The notes below the pieces were generated by a model. It did no database searches, was not told the DNA's origin, and saw only the letters and a list, made by a program, of their open reading frames with translations. The position numbers and the translations under genes are program-made. From NCBI GenBank assembly GCA_963662365.2, contig CAXXPA010000009.1, positions 19,419 to 43,418 on the forward strand: DNA of 24,000 nucleotides. Direction: 5' to 3'. The DNA comes from Bacteroidales bacterium. Its GTDB lineage: Bacteria > Bacteroidota > Bacteroidia > Bacteroidales > UBA7332. This document shows positions 1-9,546 of this stretch, piece after piece. How positions within the stretch are numbered: the stretch's first letter is position 1; the number at the start of each line of letters is the position of its first letter.

Positions 1-2524
1 GCCGGAGATGTATCTTCTGCTTTTTCAGTGATTCGATCCGGTGCACGTAATAGCGGTAAGTCGCATACAGAATCAATCCGAGGACCAGCACGATAAACCA
101 CCAGGTTTTATAAAACGGAGGGATTACGGCTATTACGATTGAGGTCACATCATTGGACCAGGTTCCGTCGGGATTGGTACATTTTACTTCAAAGGTATAT
201 TTACCCGATTTCAGGTTGGTATAATTGGCAAAACGCCGATCGGCGGTAACTTCGGTCCAGTCACTGTCAAAACCCTTCAACCGGTAGGCATACTTGATTT
301 TTTGCGGCAGGTAATAGGAAAGAGCCGAAAATTCAAAGCTGAATGCTTTATCGGTTTCACTGAGTTTTATTTTTGCCAGCTGGTTACCTTCGAAGAAAAG
401 ATGCTTCCCCGAGGGCTTCAGATTGGACGGAAAAATATCTTCATTCAGGATTTTGATACGGGTAACCGAGGTTCTGTATTGTGTGGTGACAGGCGTTGCC
501 TTTATCGGATCGAAACTCGTAAATCCGGATACATGACCGAAATACATCATACCGTCGCGACCTTTGGCGTAGGCCGACCAATAGAACTGATTGGCCTGAA
601 GACCGTCGGCCTTGCTGAAGCTACGGAAGCTGTTTCTATCCGGATTATAGGCACACAAACCTTTGTCGGTACTCAGCCAGAGGGTACCTGTTTCATCTTC
701 CAGTATGCCGTAAACCACATTGTCCAACAATCCGTCATTTTCATTCACATTCTCAAACCGCATGGAACCGGAGCGCTCATTCAACAGGTATAGGCCGTTG
801 CCGTTGCTGCCAAACCACAATCTTCCGTCTTTGGCTTCCTGGATACAATTGATCTTTTCGACGCGGTGTGCCGACGGATTGGTCAGTTGATAATGGAAAT
901 GGCGGTATCTGATCCGGTTTCGTTTCAGATCGGTATTCTTCAGATAAATACAGAAAAGGCCGTTACCCGTTCCAATCCATAACCGCTGATTCTTATCGAT
1001 ATACATGCCTGTTACAAACCGGATACGCTTGTCGTAAGGCAGATAACTGAGAATATGAATAAAACGGTTGGTTTGCAGATCGAGAAAGTCCAACCCTTCG
1101 CGTGAACCCACCCACAATCCCCGATTCTTTTCATCGGAAGCCAGGGCTGCCACAAAGTCATTATTGATGCTGTTTCTATCCGATGGATTATTATAGAATT
1201 GCTGAAAAACAGGGTGCTCCGTATCCTGGCTTTTCATCCGGTTAATACCTTTCCCCCAGGTAGCAAACCAATAGTCACCCTGAAAATCACGGCAAATATG
1301 ACTCACCGTATTGTGGCTTAATGATCCGGGATTACCGGCCTGATACTGGTAATGAACAAATGATGAAGAGCCTTTGCGACGTAAATTCAGGCCTCCCTCA
1401 ACCGTCCCTACCCAAAGATTTCCAACCTCATCTTCATAGATCGCATTCACCGGATTTTTGGATAAACTGCCCGGATCAGCCGCCGAATGACTGATATTGG
1501 TAAAAATATTCTGGTCGGGGGTCAGGATATTAATGCCGCCTTTTTCCGTACCTACCCAAATCGTCTGATTATCGACAAGCAGGCAATTCACAAAGTTGTT
1601 ATTGAGTGCAATTCCTTCGGATAAAGCTTCAGAGGTAATATGCGTAAACTGATCGGTACGGTAATCGTACACATTCAATCCGATGAGCGTGCCTATCAGC
1701 AGCTGTCCGTCGTGATTTTTCTTAATATCGGTAATAAAGCCGGAAGTGAGTGAGAAGGGATTTGACGGATTGGCGGTATATTCTGTTAGAGCCTCTGAAG
1801 CCGGTTCGTACTTGTAAAGGCCCAGCGTGGTTCCAATCCAGATAAAACCGTTATCGTAATAAAACGTATTTACAATCCGGTTTAACTGTTTGAGCCGTTC
1901 TCCGGCATTTACCCGGTTGAGTTTACCGTTGCTGCCCTTTACCAACCGGAATACACCGTTGCTGTGTCCGACATAAAAACTACCGTTTTGGATCAATAGC
2001 GCAGTAATGGCAGTGGTACTATGATAAACTTCCCCGGCTGATGCACTTCCGTCAGGCGTTACATGGATACGGGCAAGCCCGGTATCGTATCCCAGCCAGA
2101 GATCCCCCTGATCATCTTTCTGAATAAACGAGATGGATTGTGTTTCAAAAGGCTGTTTGGAATTCAGTTTCTTTTCGGCTCGGATAATCTTACCGGTCTG
2201 ATAGTCGAAAAAGTCAAGTCCGGTTTCGGTAGCAATCCACAAGTCGCCGTTGATATCCTCCTCCACACAATGGACATTATCGTTGCGCAGGGAATTGCCG
2301 GCATTGCGGCTGTTGAAGTGTACAAACTCATAACCGTCATAACGGTCCAGTCCGTTCCAGGTAGAAATCCACATAAAACCGCGACTGTCACGAAAAATAT
2401 GATCCACCATATTTTGAGACATACCGTTATCGGCCGTCAGGTAGTTAATTTTATAGGGTAGAGCCAGTGATGACGAAAGTGTGACCACAATGGCGATTAT
2501 CAGCAGAGCTATTTTATTCTTCAT
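1..2524 (-). CDS. Hybrid two-component system (HTCS) sensor/regulator. The N-terminal periplasmic sensor part and first cytoplasmic residues are in-window; the kinase/receiver/AraC-type C-terminus lies off the left edge.
   Basis: Missing from the ORF track because it has no in-window stop. The reverse-strand ATG at 2524-2522 reads MKNKIALLIIAIVVTLSSSLALPYKINYLTADNGMSQNMVDHIFRDSRGFMWISTWNGLDRYDGYEF, a signal/anchor followed by the 'two-component regulator propeller' repeat signature typical of Bacteroidota HTCS proteins. The same frame at the left edge reads PFYKTWWFIVLVLGLILYATYRYYVHRIESLKKQKIHLR, a transmembrane helix and then a cytoplasmic linker. I hand-translated both ends and they share one frame. 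I did not check the interior codon by codon. Confidence 0.85.
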   Translation of the reverse strand, partial: MKNKIALLIIAIVVTLSSSLALPYKINYLTADNGMSQNMVDHIFRDSRGFMWISTWNGLDRYDGYEFVHFNSRNAGNSLRNDNVHCVEEDINGDLWIATETGLDFFDYQTGKIIRAEKKLNSKQPFETQSISFIQKDDQGDLWLGYDTGLARIHVTPDGSASAGEVYHSTTAITALLIQNGSFYVGHSNGVFRLVKGSNGKLNRVNAGERLKQLNRIVNTFYYDNGFIWIGTTLGLYKYEPASEALTEYTANPSNPFSLTSGFITDIKKNHDGQLLIGTLIGLNVYDYRTDQFTHITSEALSEGIALNNNFVNCLLVDNQTIWVGTEKGGINILTPDQNIFTNISHSAADPGSLSKNPVNAIYEDEVGNLWVGTVEGGLNLRRKGSSSFVHYQYQAGNPGSLSHNTVSHICRDFQGDYWFATWGKGINRMKSQDTEHPVFQQFYNNPSDRNSINNDFVAALASDEKNRGLWVGSREGLDFLDLQTNRFIHILSYLPYDKRIRFVTGMYIDKNQRLWIGTGNGLFCIYLKNTDLKRNRIRYRHFHYQLTNPSAHRVEKINCIQEAKDGRLWFGSNGNGLYLLNERSGSMRFENVNENDGLLDNVVYGILEDETGTLWLSTDKGLCAYNPDRNSFRSFSKADGLQANQFYWSAYAKGRDGMMYFGHVSGFTSFDPIKATPVTTQYRTSVTRIKILNEDIFPSNLKPSGKHLFFEGNQLAKIKLSETDKAFSFEFSALSYYLPQKIKYAYRLKGFDSDWTEVTADRRFANYTNLKSGKYTFEVKCTNPDGTWSNDVTSIVIAVIPPFYKTWWFIVLVLGLILYATYRYYVHRIESLKKQKIHLR

Positions 2525-2546
2525 AAGTCAAGACCTAAGGTGATGA

Positions 2547-2554
2547 CAAATTTA
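2547..2554 (-). promoter_or_regulatory. Bacteroidota -7 promoter box (TAAATTTG on the minus strand) for the HTCS gene
   Basis: Plus-strand caaattta is TAAATTTG on the minus strand, an exact match to the TAnnTTTG consensus. It lies 22 nt upstream of the ATG at 2524. No exact -33 TTTG was seen. Confidence 0.45.
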
Positions 2555-2621
2555 ACTATTAATCAGGTCTGTCAAGTGGATTTTTACCTATTTGGAGTGG
2601 ATAAATGTGTAAAGAATGCAG

Positions 2622-2661
2622 AAAAGCCGCCATCGCCTCTAACAGAGGACAGATGACGGCC
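2622..2661 (-). terminator. Intrinsic terminator downstream of the GH43 gene
   Basis: The minus strand reads AAGGCCGTCATCTGTCCTCTGTTAGAGGCGATGGCGGCTTTTCTGC. The outer stem GGCCGTCATC/GATGGCGGC(T) has one G-U pair, the inner stem is CCTCT/AGAGG, and a TTTTC tail follows. It lies about 85 nt past the GH43 stop and separates GH43 from the HTCS promoter. Confidence 0.6.
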
Positions 2662-2745
2662 TTCACATCATTAGACACACACACTCATTATAACCTTACT
2701 TCACAGCTTAATGATTGTCGTTTTGATAAAAGCCTGGGGTTAAAA

Positions 2746-4407
2746 TTATTTATTCTTTTTGCCCCAATATGTCGCATTGAGATTCTTTTCAGTTCCGGCA
2801 TAAACGAATGTTACCCGGCGTGGGGTAGCTTCCCAATCCACTTCCCGTTCAACGCAAACAATCACATTCCCCAATGTCAGTTGTTTTTTTGTTGCATTAT
2901 AACTCCAGTTACCGGTCAGTGCGCCCGACATAGTACCATCGGCATTAAGGGTTAATGCGGTGGCAGCATCTTGAACGCCATAGCTGTATTTGAGGTTTAT
3001 GTGCTGCCAGGTTCCTACCAGGGAGTCTTTGGTTATCGTTCCGTAATCAGGAACAGCGGCATAGCGTTCCGGCAAAGCGATTGGCCACAAATTGTCGGGT
3101 TCGCTGGTTGAAGCCGGACACCATACCAGGCGACGGACATGTCCCATCATAATGGCATTGGAGGCCGCGTTACCACCAACGTTGACCGGCAATCGTCCCT
3201 GCGACATGAAGAACCAATCGTTGGTTTTTTCCTTTTGAAATACACAGCCGTGTGATATGCCCACCCAACCGTAGCTGAGGTTAAATTTGTAAGGGTGTGT
3301 TACAATCGGGTAACTATCGCCGGCTCCGTTGGTAAAGTTGCGTCCGGTAATGTCGTAGTACGGACCATCAATGTTTGTACTTCTCACCACGCGTGTGTTG
3401 TATGGCACATCGAGGCCATCGTAGGCCATGAACAAATAGTAATATCCACCTTTGTAGATTACTTCGGGAGCTTCGCTGCCTTGCCAGCGCGAAGAAGCTG
3501 TTCGTGTACCCACCCTGACACCATACCGGCTTGTTAGCTCAGCGGTACTGCTTGCCCAGGGATTACCCAGTGTATTGAGGGGCTTTCCTGTTGTTGGGTT
3601 AAGTTGCAACAATGCAAAGCCGCTATGCCATGAACCATGTATCAGGTAATGTTTACCTTCCGGCGTTACTATATAGGTCGGGTCGATGGCATTGTAGTAG
3701 AAATAGGCACTCCAGTCCGAAGTACTGGAACGAAGGTAATTTAAGCCACGATCGGATGATGAACAGGTAACGAAACCCTTGTCAGTCCACACTGCTCCGG
3801 CTGGATCGGACGATTCGCACATGCCTATAAAAGCACGCTCAGTCCAGCTTCCATCAAAGCTGGCCGAACTGAGGTTCCCGGTTTTGATGTAGTTAAAGAT
3901 AACTATGCTGTAGTACATACGCAGGATCTCTTTTCCTCCAACATTGACCCGACGTACTACCGGTGCCCAGTAGCCGTATTCTATTTTGTCTTTAGCAATG
4001 GCACTCAGCCCCATACGCGTGCGAATGGCATTGAGCGAATCGGCTACCCAGGCGGGAGGGGTATAAAAAGGCCCGCCTACCCAATCCCAGTTAACTAAAT
4101 CTTTTGAACGTTTGCCCTGAAAATGGCCATGACCATCGGCAGCACCACCATACGAGGCATCGGTGCCGTACATATAGTAATAGCCGTTGTAGTAGGCAAC
4201 CGATGGATCGTGCACATTGGCCAGATTCCACTTGTCGCGGTTTGCCCAGGAGGATATGGAGGAATAATCGTCGGCATAGGTAGGAATGCTGAATACGGTA
4301 TCCGTTCCGTCTGTACCACCGTTTATGATTGGTTCATCTTTTTTGCACCCTACAAAGAATAGAGCTGATATACCGACTAATAAAATCGGAAAATACTTTA
4401 GTTTCAT
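2746..4407 (-). CDS. Glycoside hydrolase family 43 lipoprotein, endo-1,5-alpha-L-arabinanase-like, with an extra C-terminal beta-rich domain of about 100 aa
   Basis: 553-aa ORF with an SPII-type signal (LFFVGC). It carries the GH43 catalytic-triad contexts NVHDPSV (base Asp), YNAIDPTY (pKa-modulating Asp) and GSEAPEV (acid Glu). It also has YWAPVV and HGSWHSGFALLQLNPTTGKP, which I recall as typical of arabinanase-type GH43 members. The subfamily assignment is from memory only. Confidence 0.85.
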   Translation of the reverse strand: MKLKYFPILLVGISALFFVGCKKDEPIINGGTDGTDTVFSIPTYADDYSSISSWANRDKWNLANVHDPSVAYYNGYYYMYGTDASYGGAADGHGHFQGKRSKDLVNWDWVGGPFYTPPAWVADSLNAIRTRMGLSAIAKDKIEYGYWAPVVRRVNVGGKEILRMYYSIVIFNYIKTGNLSSASFDGSWTERAFIGMCESSDPAGAVWTDKGFVTCSSSDRGLNYLRSSTSDWSAYFYYNAIDPTYIVTPEGKHYLIHGSWHSGFALLQLNPTTGKPLNTLGNPWASSTAELTSRYGVRVGTRTASSRWQGSEAPEVIYKGGYYYLFMAYDGLDVPYNTRVVRSTNIDGPYYDITGRNFTNGAGDSYPIVTHPYKFNLSYGWVGISHGCVFQKEKTNDWFFMSQGRLPVNVGGNAASNAIMMGHVRRLVWCPASTSEPDNLWPIALPERYAAVPDYGTITKDSLVGTWQHINLKYSYGVQDAATALTLNADGTMSGALTGNWSYNATKKQLTLGNVIVCVEREVDWEATPRRVTFVYAGTEKNLNATYWGKKNK

Positions 4408-4469
4408 GATCAGGAAATAATAAGTGAATTACAAAAACCGCATGTTGATGACAAATAAATATAATAAGT

Positions 4470-4507
4470 CTTCCTTATCAACATACAAAAATACGTTGAT
4501 AAGGAAG
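4470..4507 (-). terminator. Perfect 13-bp inverted repeat hairpin between susD and GH43 (possible partial terminator or RNA-stability element)
   Basis: cttccttatcaac (4470-4482) pairs perfectly with gttgataaggaag (4495-4507) around a 12-nt loop. On the minus strand an AT-rich tail follows (CTTATTATATTTATTTG). It sits in the 123-bp susD-GH43 spacer. Confidence 0.45.
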
Positions 4508-4530
4508 CCTCTATTTTAAGTAGTTGATTC

Positions 4531-6285
4531 CTATTTTACAACAGGATGAACAGTCCATTTAGCTAAGAATGCAGGTCCGTTATCTTCACTCTTGTTTGCC
4601 GAGTTACCTGTAAGGTTCGGGTTGGCATTCAGAGTACCCTGAAGGATTGGGAAGTATTCATGTCCCTTAGAGTAATACTGGAACGATGAAGCGCTGGCTG
4701 ATGAAGCATCAAGCTCTGAGGTGTTGGCTGTGCCGTCAAGCTTATAATAACCATGTTCAATCAACTGATTCAGACGATCAGTAGTATAGAAGAATCCCCA
4801 ACGGAGTAAATCGATACCGCGTCCGTTTTCGCAACCAAATTCTTTGGGACGTTCAACATTTGCTATTTGTTCAAAAAGAGCATCTTTAGTTGGGAAGTCA
4901 GATAGTTTCAGATCAGCAAGCGCAACGCGTCGACGCACGAGGTTGATGTAATTGATCGCTGTCTGGTTGGGACCATTGATTTCATTTTCACATTCGGCAG
5001 CACGCAACAATACATCGCTGTAACGCATCAGGCGCAGGTTGATTCCGCAATGCAAACCGGTAGTAATCGCGTTGTAAATATTGGTTCTTGCATTGGTGAA
5101 TTTAGCGATTGATATACCACCCTGTGATGTGTTCGATAGTGGCGTTGCAGTGAGATCTTGTTGATAAACAGTGTTGCTACGTGGGTCTCCATTCGGATAA
5201 GCCGCAGTTTTCGCACCTTTGTAACCGCTATATTCACTTTCGAAGGTAACCAATGTCCAGTATAAACGGGGATCGAGACGGCCATCGGTACTATTTTCTT
5301 TTTTGAACAGATTATACAACCAGGGTGATCCTGCAAGGTCGCCCCAGCTACCCAATTGTTGCGAAGCGTAGTTACTCTCTACCGCATGACCCTGAGTAGC
5401 TTGCGAGCTTATGTTTACCGGAGTCCATTCCTGGTCTGTACCCCCTGTGCCATAATCCATAAATTGTACTTCGAAAAGGCTCTCTTTGTTGTTTTCGTAA
5501 GCCGCACCTTCTTTGAAGTTGTCGCCATAGTCAGCCATAAGTGCATAAGCTCCGTATTTGCCGGCGATGATGTCTTTCAGTACGGCATTAGCTTCGGTAT
5601 ATTTGTGACGGAACATCAGTGCCCGGGCCAGATATCCGGCAGCAGAACCACTGGTAGCACGACCTTTAGCCCATTCGCCACCTTTGTCGCGAGATGGCAA
5701 TATTTGCATTGCTGTTGTCAGATCCTTTTCTATCTGATCAAACACCTCATCTTGCGTATTGTTGGACGCATACATGGTATTGATGTTTGAATAAGATGCA
5801 TAGTCTGTAATCAATGGAACTGTCTGGTAATAGGTCGCCAGTTCATAGTATGCCAATGAGCGTAAGAAGAGGGCTTGTCCTTTAATCTGGTTGTAAGTGT
5901 CTGTCGACATCTTAACACCATCTACTTTCGACAATACATAGTTTGTGCGGTTTACCACATGATAGTTATCACGCCATGGCCATTCGTCTCCAATTCCGAT
6001 AGTACCCGGAGAGTTGAGGTTGTCATACTCCAGATACCACTGTTGAGATGAGTTCCAGACTTCGTCGCCACGCACTGCATCCAGCGTGTACCCAACGCGG
6101 GCGAATGTACCTTCGAGACGAATACGGTTGTAACATGAGATAACTGCCTCCTGAAGATCAGATACGGTATTACCAAAATCGTAAGTTGTCTGACTGTTCG
6201 GGTTCTCAACATTAAGTTGGTCATTGCAGGCAGACATCCCCCCGGCAAGCGCCAACACGGTTAGAATTTTAAATATATTTTTCAT
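4531..6285 (-). CDS. susD: SusD/RagB-family outer-membrane glycan-binding lipoprotein
   Basis: 584-aa ORF with lipoprotein signal LALAGGMSAC. The sequence is TPR-like SusD in character, and it sits 27 bp downstream of a SusC-like gene. The symbol is used as a family label only. Confidence 0.9.
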   Translation of the reverse strand: MKNIFKILTVLALAGGMSACNDQLNVENPNSQTTYDFGNTVSDLQEAVISCYNRIRLEGTFARVGYTLDAVRGDEVWNSSQQWYLEYDNLNSPGTIGIGDEWPWRDNYHVVNRTNYVLSKVDGVKMSTDTYNQIKGQALFLRSLAYYELATYYQTVPLITDYASYSNINTMYASNNTQDEVFDQIEKDLTTAMQILPSRDKGGEWAKGRATSGSAAGYLARALMFRHKYTEANAVLKDIIAGKYGAYALMADYGDNFKEGAAYENNKESLFEVQFMDYGTGGTDQEWTPVNISSQATQGHAVESNYASQQLGSWGDLAGSPWLYNLFKKENSTDGRLDPRLYWTLVTFESEYSGYKGAKTAAYPNGDPRSNTVYQQDLTATPLSNTSQGGISIAKFTNARTNIYNAITTGLHCGINLRLMRYSDVLLRAAECENEINGPNQTAINYINLVRRRVALADLKLSDFPTKDALFEQIANVERPKEFGCENGRGIDLLRWGFFYTTDRLNQLIEHGYYKLDGTANTSELDASSASASSFQYYSKGHEYFPILQGTLNANPNLTGNSANKSEDNGPAFLAKWTVHPVVK

Positions 6286-6312
6286 AGGATACTCTCTTTT
6301 AAGATGATATTA

Positions 6313-9300
6313 TTAGAATGATGCGCGTACTCCAAACATCATTGTTCGGGGTGTCGGATACGAACAATAGTTGTAACCCGGAGTGAATGTTCCTCCTGCA
6401 AAGTCCACATTGTAACCTTTATACTTAGACAGTGTGGCCAGGTTTTGAGCCGATGCGTATACGCGAACGCCGTTAATATAGCCACCAAACCATTTATCAG
6501 GGAAGTTATAGCCCAATTCTACGTTGGCAATTTTCAGATAAGATGCATTCTGAATGAAGCGTTGGCTAAACATATCGTTGGTGATTGAACCGGTTGATTT
6601 GTATGCTACGCGGGGCACGTTGGTGTTTATGTTGTCCGGTGTCCAGGCATTTAACAGATCAACGCTCTTGTTGAGTGATCCGTATGAGCCGTGCAAAGCT
6701 ACGTCAACAAAATCCACTGCTTTGAATCCGGCAGCACCATAAGATGATACGCTCAGGTCAAAACCTTTCCATTCAGCACGGAGATTTAAACCGAAATTTA
6801 CTTTTGGAAGTCCGCTACCCAGGAATGTCTGGTCGTCGGCGGTAATTTTACCATCGTTGTTGAGGTCGGCGTATTTTACGTCACCCGGTTGTGCTCCGTC
6901 CTGAGTGATATGTCCTCCTTTTGAGTTAACCCGGTTGTCAATTTCCGATTGCGACTGGAAAAGACCTTCAGAAACATAGCCATAGAATGAACCTACTTCA
7001 CGACCTACCTCTGTGCGGCAGTAACCATCGGTACGGGGCTCGTTTGAAACACCCAGACTTGTTACTTTATTTTTGATGGTAGATAAGTTTGCCGAGATGT
7101 CATACTTAACAGCGTTTTTGTGGTTGTGATAAGCAAGCAGGAACTCAAGACCTGAGTTTACCATGGTTGCAGCGTTCATGGTTACGGTTGCATTGGTAGC
7201 ACCGGCATTGGCTGGTACGGCTACACTGTAAAGCAGGTCACTCGATGTATTTTTATACCAGTCGAAGGTAAATTCCAACTGATTGTTGAAAAAAGCAAGG
7301 TCAGCACCAAAATCAAGAGATTTCTTCTTTTCCCATTTGATGGCTGTGTTTACATAGTTGGATATTGCAGATCCGGTAACTTTGGTATTTCCAAAGCTAT
7401 AGGTATAGTTCCCTCTCGACATGACATCCATGTATTGGTATTCACCAATATTCTCATTACCAAGCTCTCCATAACTTCCGCGAACTTTGAACAGGTTCAC
7501 TGTCGATACGGGTATAGGGAAGAAGCTTTCGCGATCCAGACGCCAACCGCCTGATATGGATGGGAACCAATCCCAACGGTCAGCTGCAGAAAGACGGCTT
7601 GATCCATCGCGACGTCCGGTTACCGAAATCAGGTATTTTCCATCAAAGTCGTAGTTTACACGACCGATATAAGAGGCCAATACGTGTTCACTTTCAGAAC
7701 TTGCCGATGATGTTGTCGTGGAGTTATTTACCTGCAGATAGTAAGGTTCAGTCATGTCAATACCTCTGCCGGTAAGTGTATGAAAGAGTTCGCGCTCAAA
7801 TGTCTGACCCACCACTGCATTGATGTGGTGGCGTCCAAACTTACCATCGTAGTTTAACGTGTTTTCGATAAGTGCATCACTGTAACTGCGATATCCCTCT
7901 GCCAGATTCTCATCGCTCTTCGACAGGTAGTTGGTTGTACTCTGTATAAAGGCTGGTACGAATGTTAAGTCCTTTGCATAGGTACGGCTGTATGACAGGT
8001 TGATGATGTAATTTAACTTGTGATTCTTGTTCTTACGTCCAACCATATCCAGGAGGTCAACATCTGCAGAACCTGAAGCAACAATGCGGTCAACCGTTGA
8101 GTTCCTCTTTATTAAATTATTTTCCAGCAACACGTTTGTTACACGCAAGTCGCCATGTACATTGTCATAGTAAGTACCATAACCGTATGAGTCGTATGTG
8201 TAATTGGTTGCAGCCGAAATTTTATCATCAAGCACCCAGGTTGACGGATCATAAGCCTTGATGGTAGGAGGCGTCAACAACACCGAAGCCATTACCGGAT
8301 ATTGTGCACCATAAAGCCCCTGTACGTATTCATTGGCATTACTGAGAGCCATATTATCCTGATTGCTGTGGCTATACACGATGTTTGTTTTGAGTTTGAC
8401 AAATTTGGCATTCATCGAATTGTTGACACGTGCAGTGTAACGTTCAAAGTTTGGCCCCGCACCCACCATCGTTCCTTTTTGGTTATAGTAGTCGAGAGCG
8501 ATGTTGTAAGTATTATTAGTGCCACCGCCTGACAAGTTAATGTTATGATCCTGACGAACCCCTGTTTTGAATGCTTCTTTAAACCAGTCAGTGTTCACTT
8601 TTGCACTTCCGTCAGCATTATACAAATAGTTTGCGTTTGCTGGATCGTATCCACCGGGAACGTTCATGCCACTGTTGGCGTAGGCCGTGTTAATGTACTG
8701 ACCATATTGTTTGGAGTCCATTACATTGTAAACTCCTTTCTGAATATTGTCAAAACCATAGTAACCGCTATAGTCTATTCTCATCGGCTGATTCTGCTTA
8801 CCTTGCTTGGTGGTGATGATAACCACACCATTGGCAGCACGCGAACCGTAAATTGCGGCAGCTGAAGCGTCTTTCAGGACCTGAAGAGATTCGATGTCAT
8901 TAGGCGAGAAGTCGCGTATGGTTGTTCCCATGGGTACTCCGTCTACTACATACAGCGGTGCGGTACTGCCAAACGAACCGATACCACGAATACGTACGGT
9001 AGGGTCGGCACCCGGTTGTCCGTCAGAAGTAATTTGCACACCGGCTACTTTCCCTTCGAGCATGGTAGAGATGTTTGAGTTGGATACTTTTTTCAACTCA
9101 TCGGTGTTGACAATGGCAACCGAGCCTGTAAGATCGACCTTGCGTTGTGTACCATAACCGATTACTACCAACTGGCTAAGCTCTTTCGTATCAGAAATCA
9201 GGGCAATCTTTCCAAGGTTGGTTTTATTTCCAACGGTTACTTCCTGTTTTTTGCTTCCTACGTAAGAAACTACCAACGTAGCACCTGAAGGAACAGAAAG

Positions 9301-9522
9301 AGAGAAATCCCCATTAAGATCGGTTATGGCTCCAATCGTTGTGCCTTTTTGCTGTACGGTAGCGCCAATAAGCGGTTCTCCTTTTTCGTCAACTACTTTA
9401 CCTTTTACGGTGATTTTACCTTGTTGAGTCATTGACATCTGGCCGGCATCAGCTGTACCTTCTGCGTATGTTGCAGGTGCGAGCGCCAGCAATCCCAAGA
9501 GGAATAAATATGAATATTTCAT
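6313..9522 (-). CDS. susC: SusC/RagA-family TonB-dependent outer-membrane transporter
   Basis: 1069-aa ORF with signal peptide ...APATYA. It has a carboxypeptidase-regulatory-like domain (KITVKGKVVDEKGEPLIGATVQQKGTTIGAITDLNGDFSLSVP), the plug motif LVVIGYGTQRKVDLTGSV, and a C-terminal aromatic residue (..GVRASF). There is no N-terminal STN domain, which fits HTCS control rather than ECF/anti-sigma control. Confidence 0.95.
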   Translation of the reverse strand: MKYSYLFLLGLLALAPATYAEGTADAGQMSMTQQGKITVKGKVVDEKGEPLIGATVQQKGTTIGAITDLNGDFSLSVPSGATLVVSYVGSKKQEVTVGNKTNLGKIALISDTKELSQLVVIGYGTQRKVDLTGSVAIVNTDELKKVSNSNISTMLEGKVAGVQITSDGQPGADPTVRIRGIGSFGSTAPLYVVDGVPMGTTIRDFSPNDIESLQVLKDASAAAIYGSRAANGVVIITTKQGKQNQPMRIDYSGYYGFDNIQKGVYNVMDSKQYGQYINTAYANSGMNVPGGYDPANANYLYNADGSAKVNTDWFKEAFKTGVRQDHNINLSGGGTNNTYNIALDYYNQKGTMVGAGPNFERYTARVNNSMNAKFVKLKTNIVYSHSNQDNMALSNANEYVQGLYGAQYPVMASVLLTPPTIKAYDPSTWVLDDKISAATNYTYDSYGYGTYYDNVHGDLRVTNVLLENNLIKRNSTVDRIVASGSADVDLLDMVGRKNKNHKLNYIINLSYSRTYAKDLTFVPAFIQSTTNYLSKSDENLAEGYRSYSDALIENTLNYDGKFGRHHINAVVGQTFERELFHTLTGRGIDMTEPYYLQVNNSTTTSSASSESEHVLASYIGRVNYDFDGKYLISVTGRRDGSSRLSAADRWDWFPSISGGWRLDRESFFPIPVSTVNLFKVRGSYGELGNENIGEYQYMDVMSRGNYTYSFGNTKVTGSAISNYVNTAIKWEKKKSLDFGADLAFFNNQLEFTFDWYKNTSSDLLYSVAVPANAGATNATVTMNAATMVNSGLEFLLAYHNHKNAVKYDISANLSTIKNKVTSLGVSNEPRTDGYCRTEVGREVGSFYGYVSEGLFQSQSEIDNRVNSKGGHITQDGAQPGDVKYADLNNDGKITADDQTFLGSGLPKVNFGLNLRAEWKGFDLSVSSYGAAGFKAVDFVDVALHGSYGSLNKSVDLLNAWTPDNINTNVPRVAYKSTGSITNDMFSQRFIQNASYLKIANVELGYNFPDKWFGGYINGVRVYASAQNLATLSKYKGYNVDFAGGTFTPGYNYCSYPTPRTMMFGVRASF

Positions 9523-9546
9523 GGTGAATATATTTTATCTTAGTGA

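Noticed and set aside
302-2461. Plus-strand track ORFs 302-793 and 2063-2461, and minus-strand ORF 2164-2391, inside the HTCS region
   Set aside because: All lie antisense to, or out of frame with, the long HTCS reading frame. Their translations are low-complexity and show no family motifs. They are typical shadow ORFs.
2605-2955. 116-aa plus-strand ORF spanning the HTCS/GH43 spacer
   Set aside because: Its 5' part covers the GH43 terminator hairpin and its 3' part is antisense to the GH43 C-terminus. It has no promoter box and no recognisable motif.
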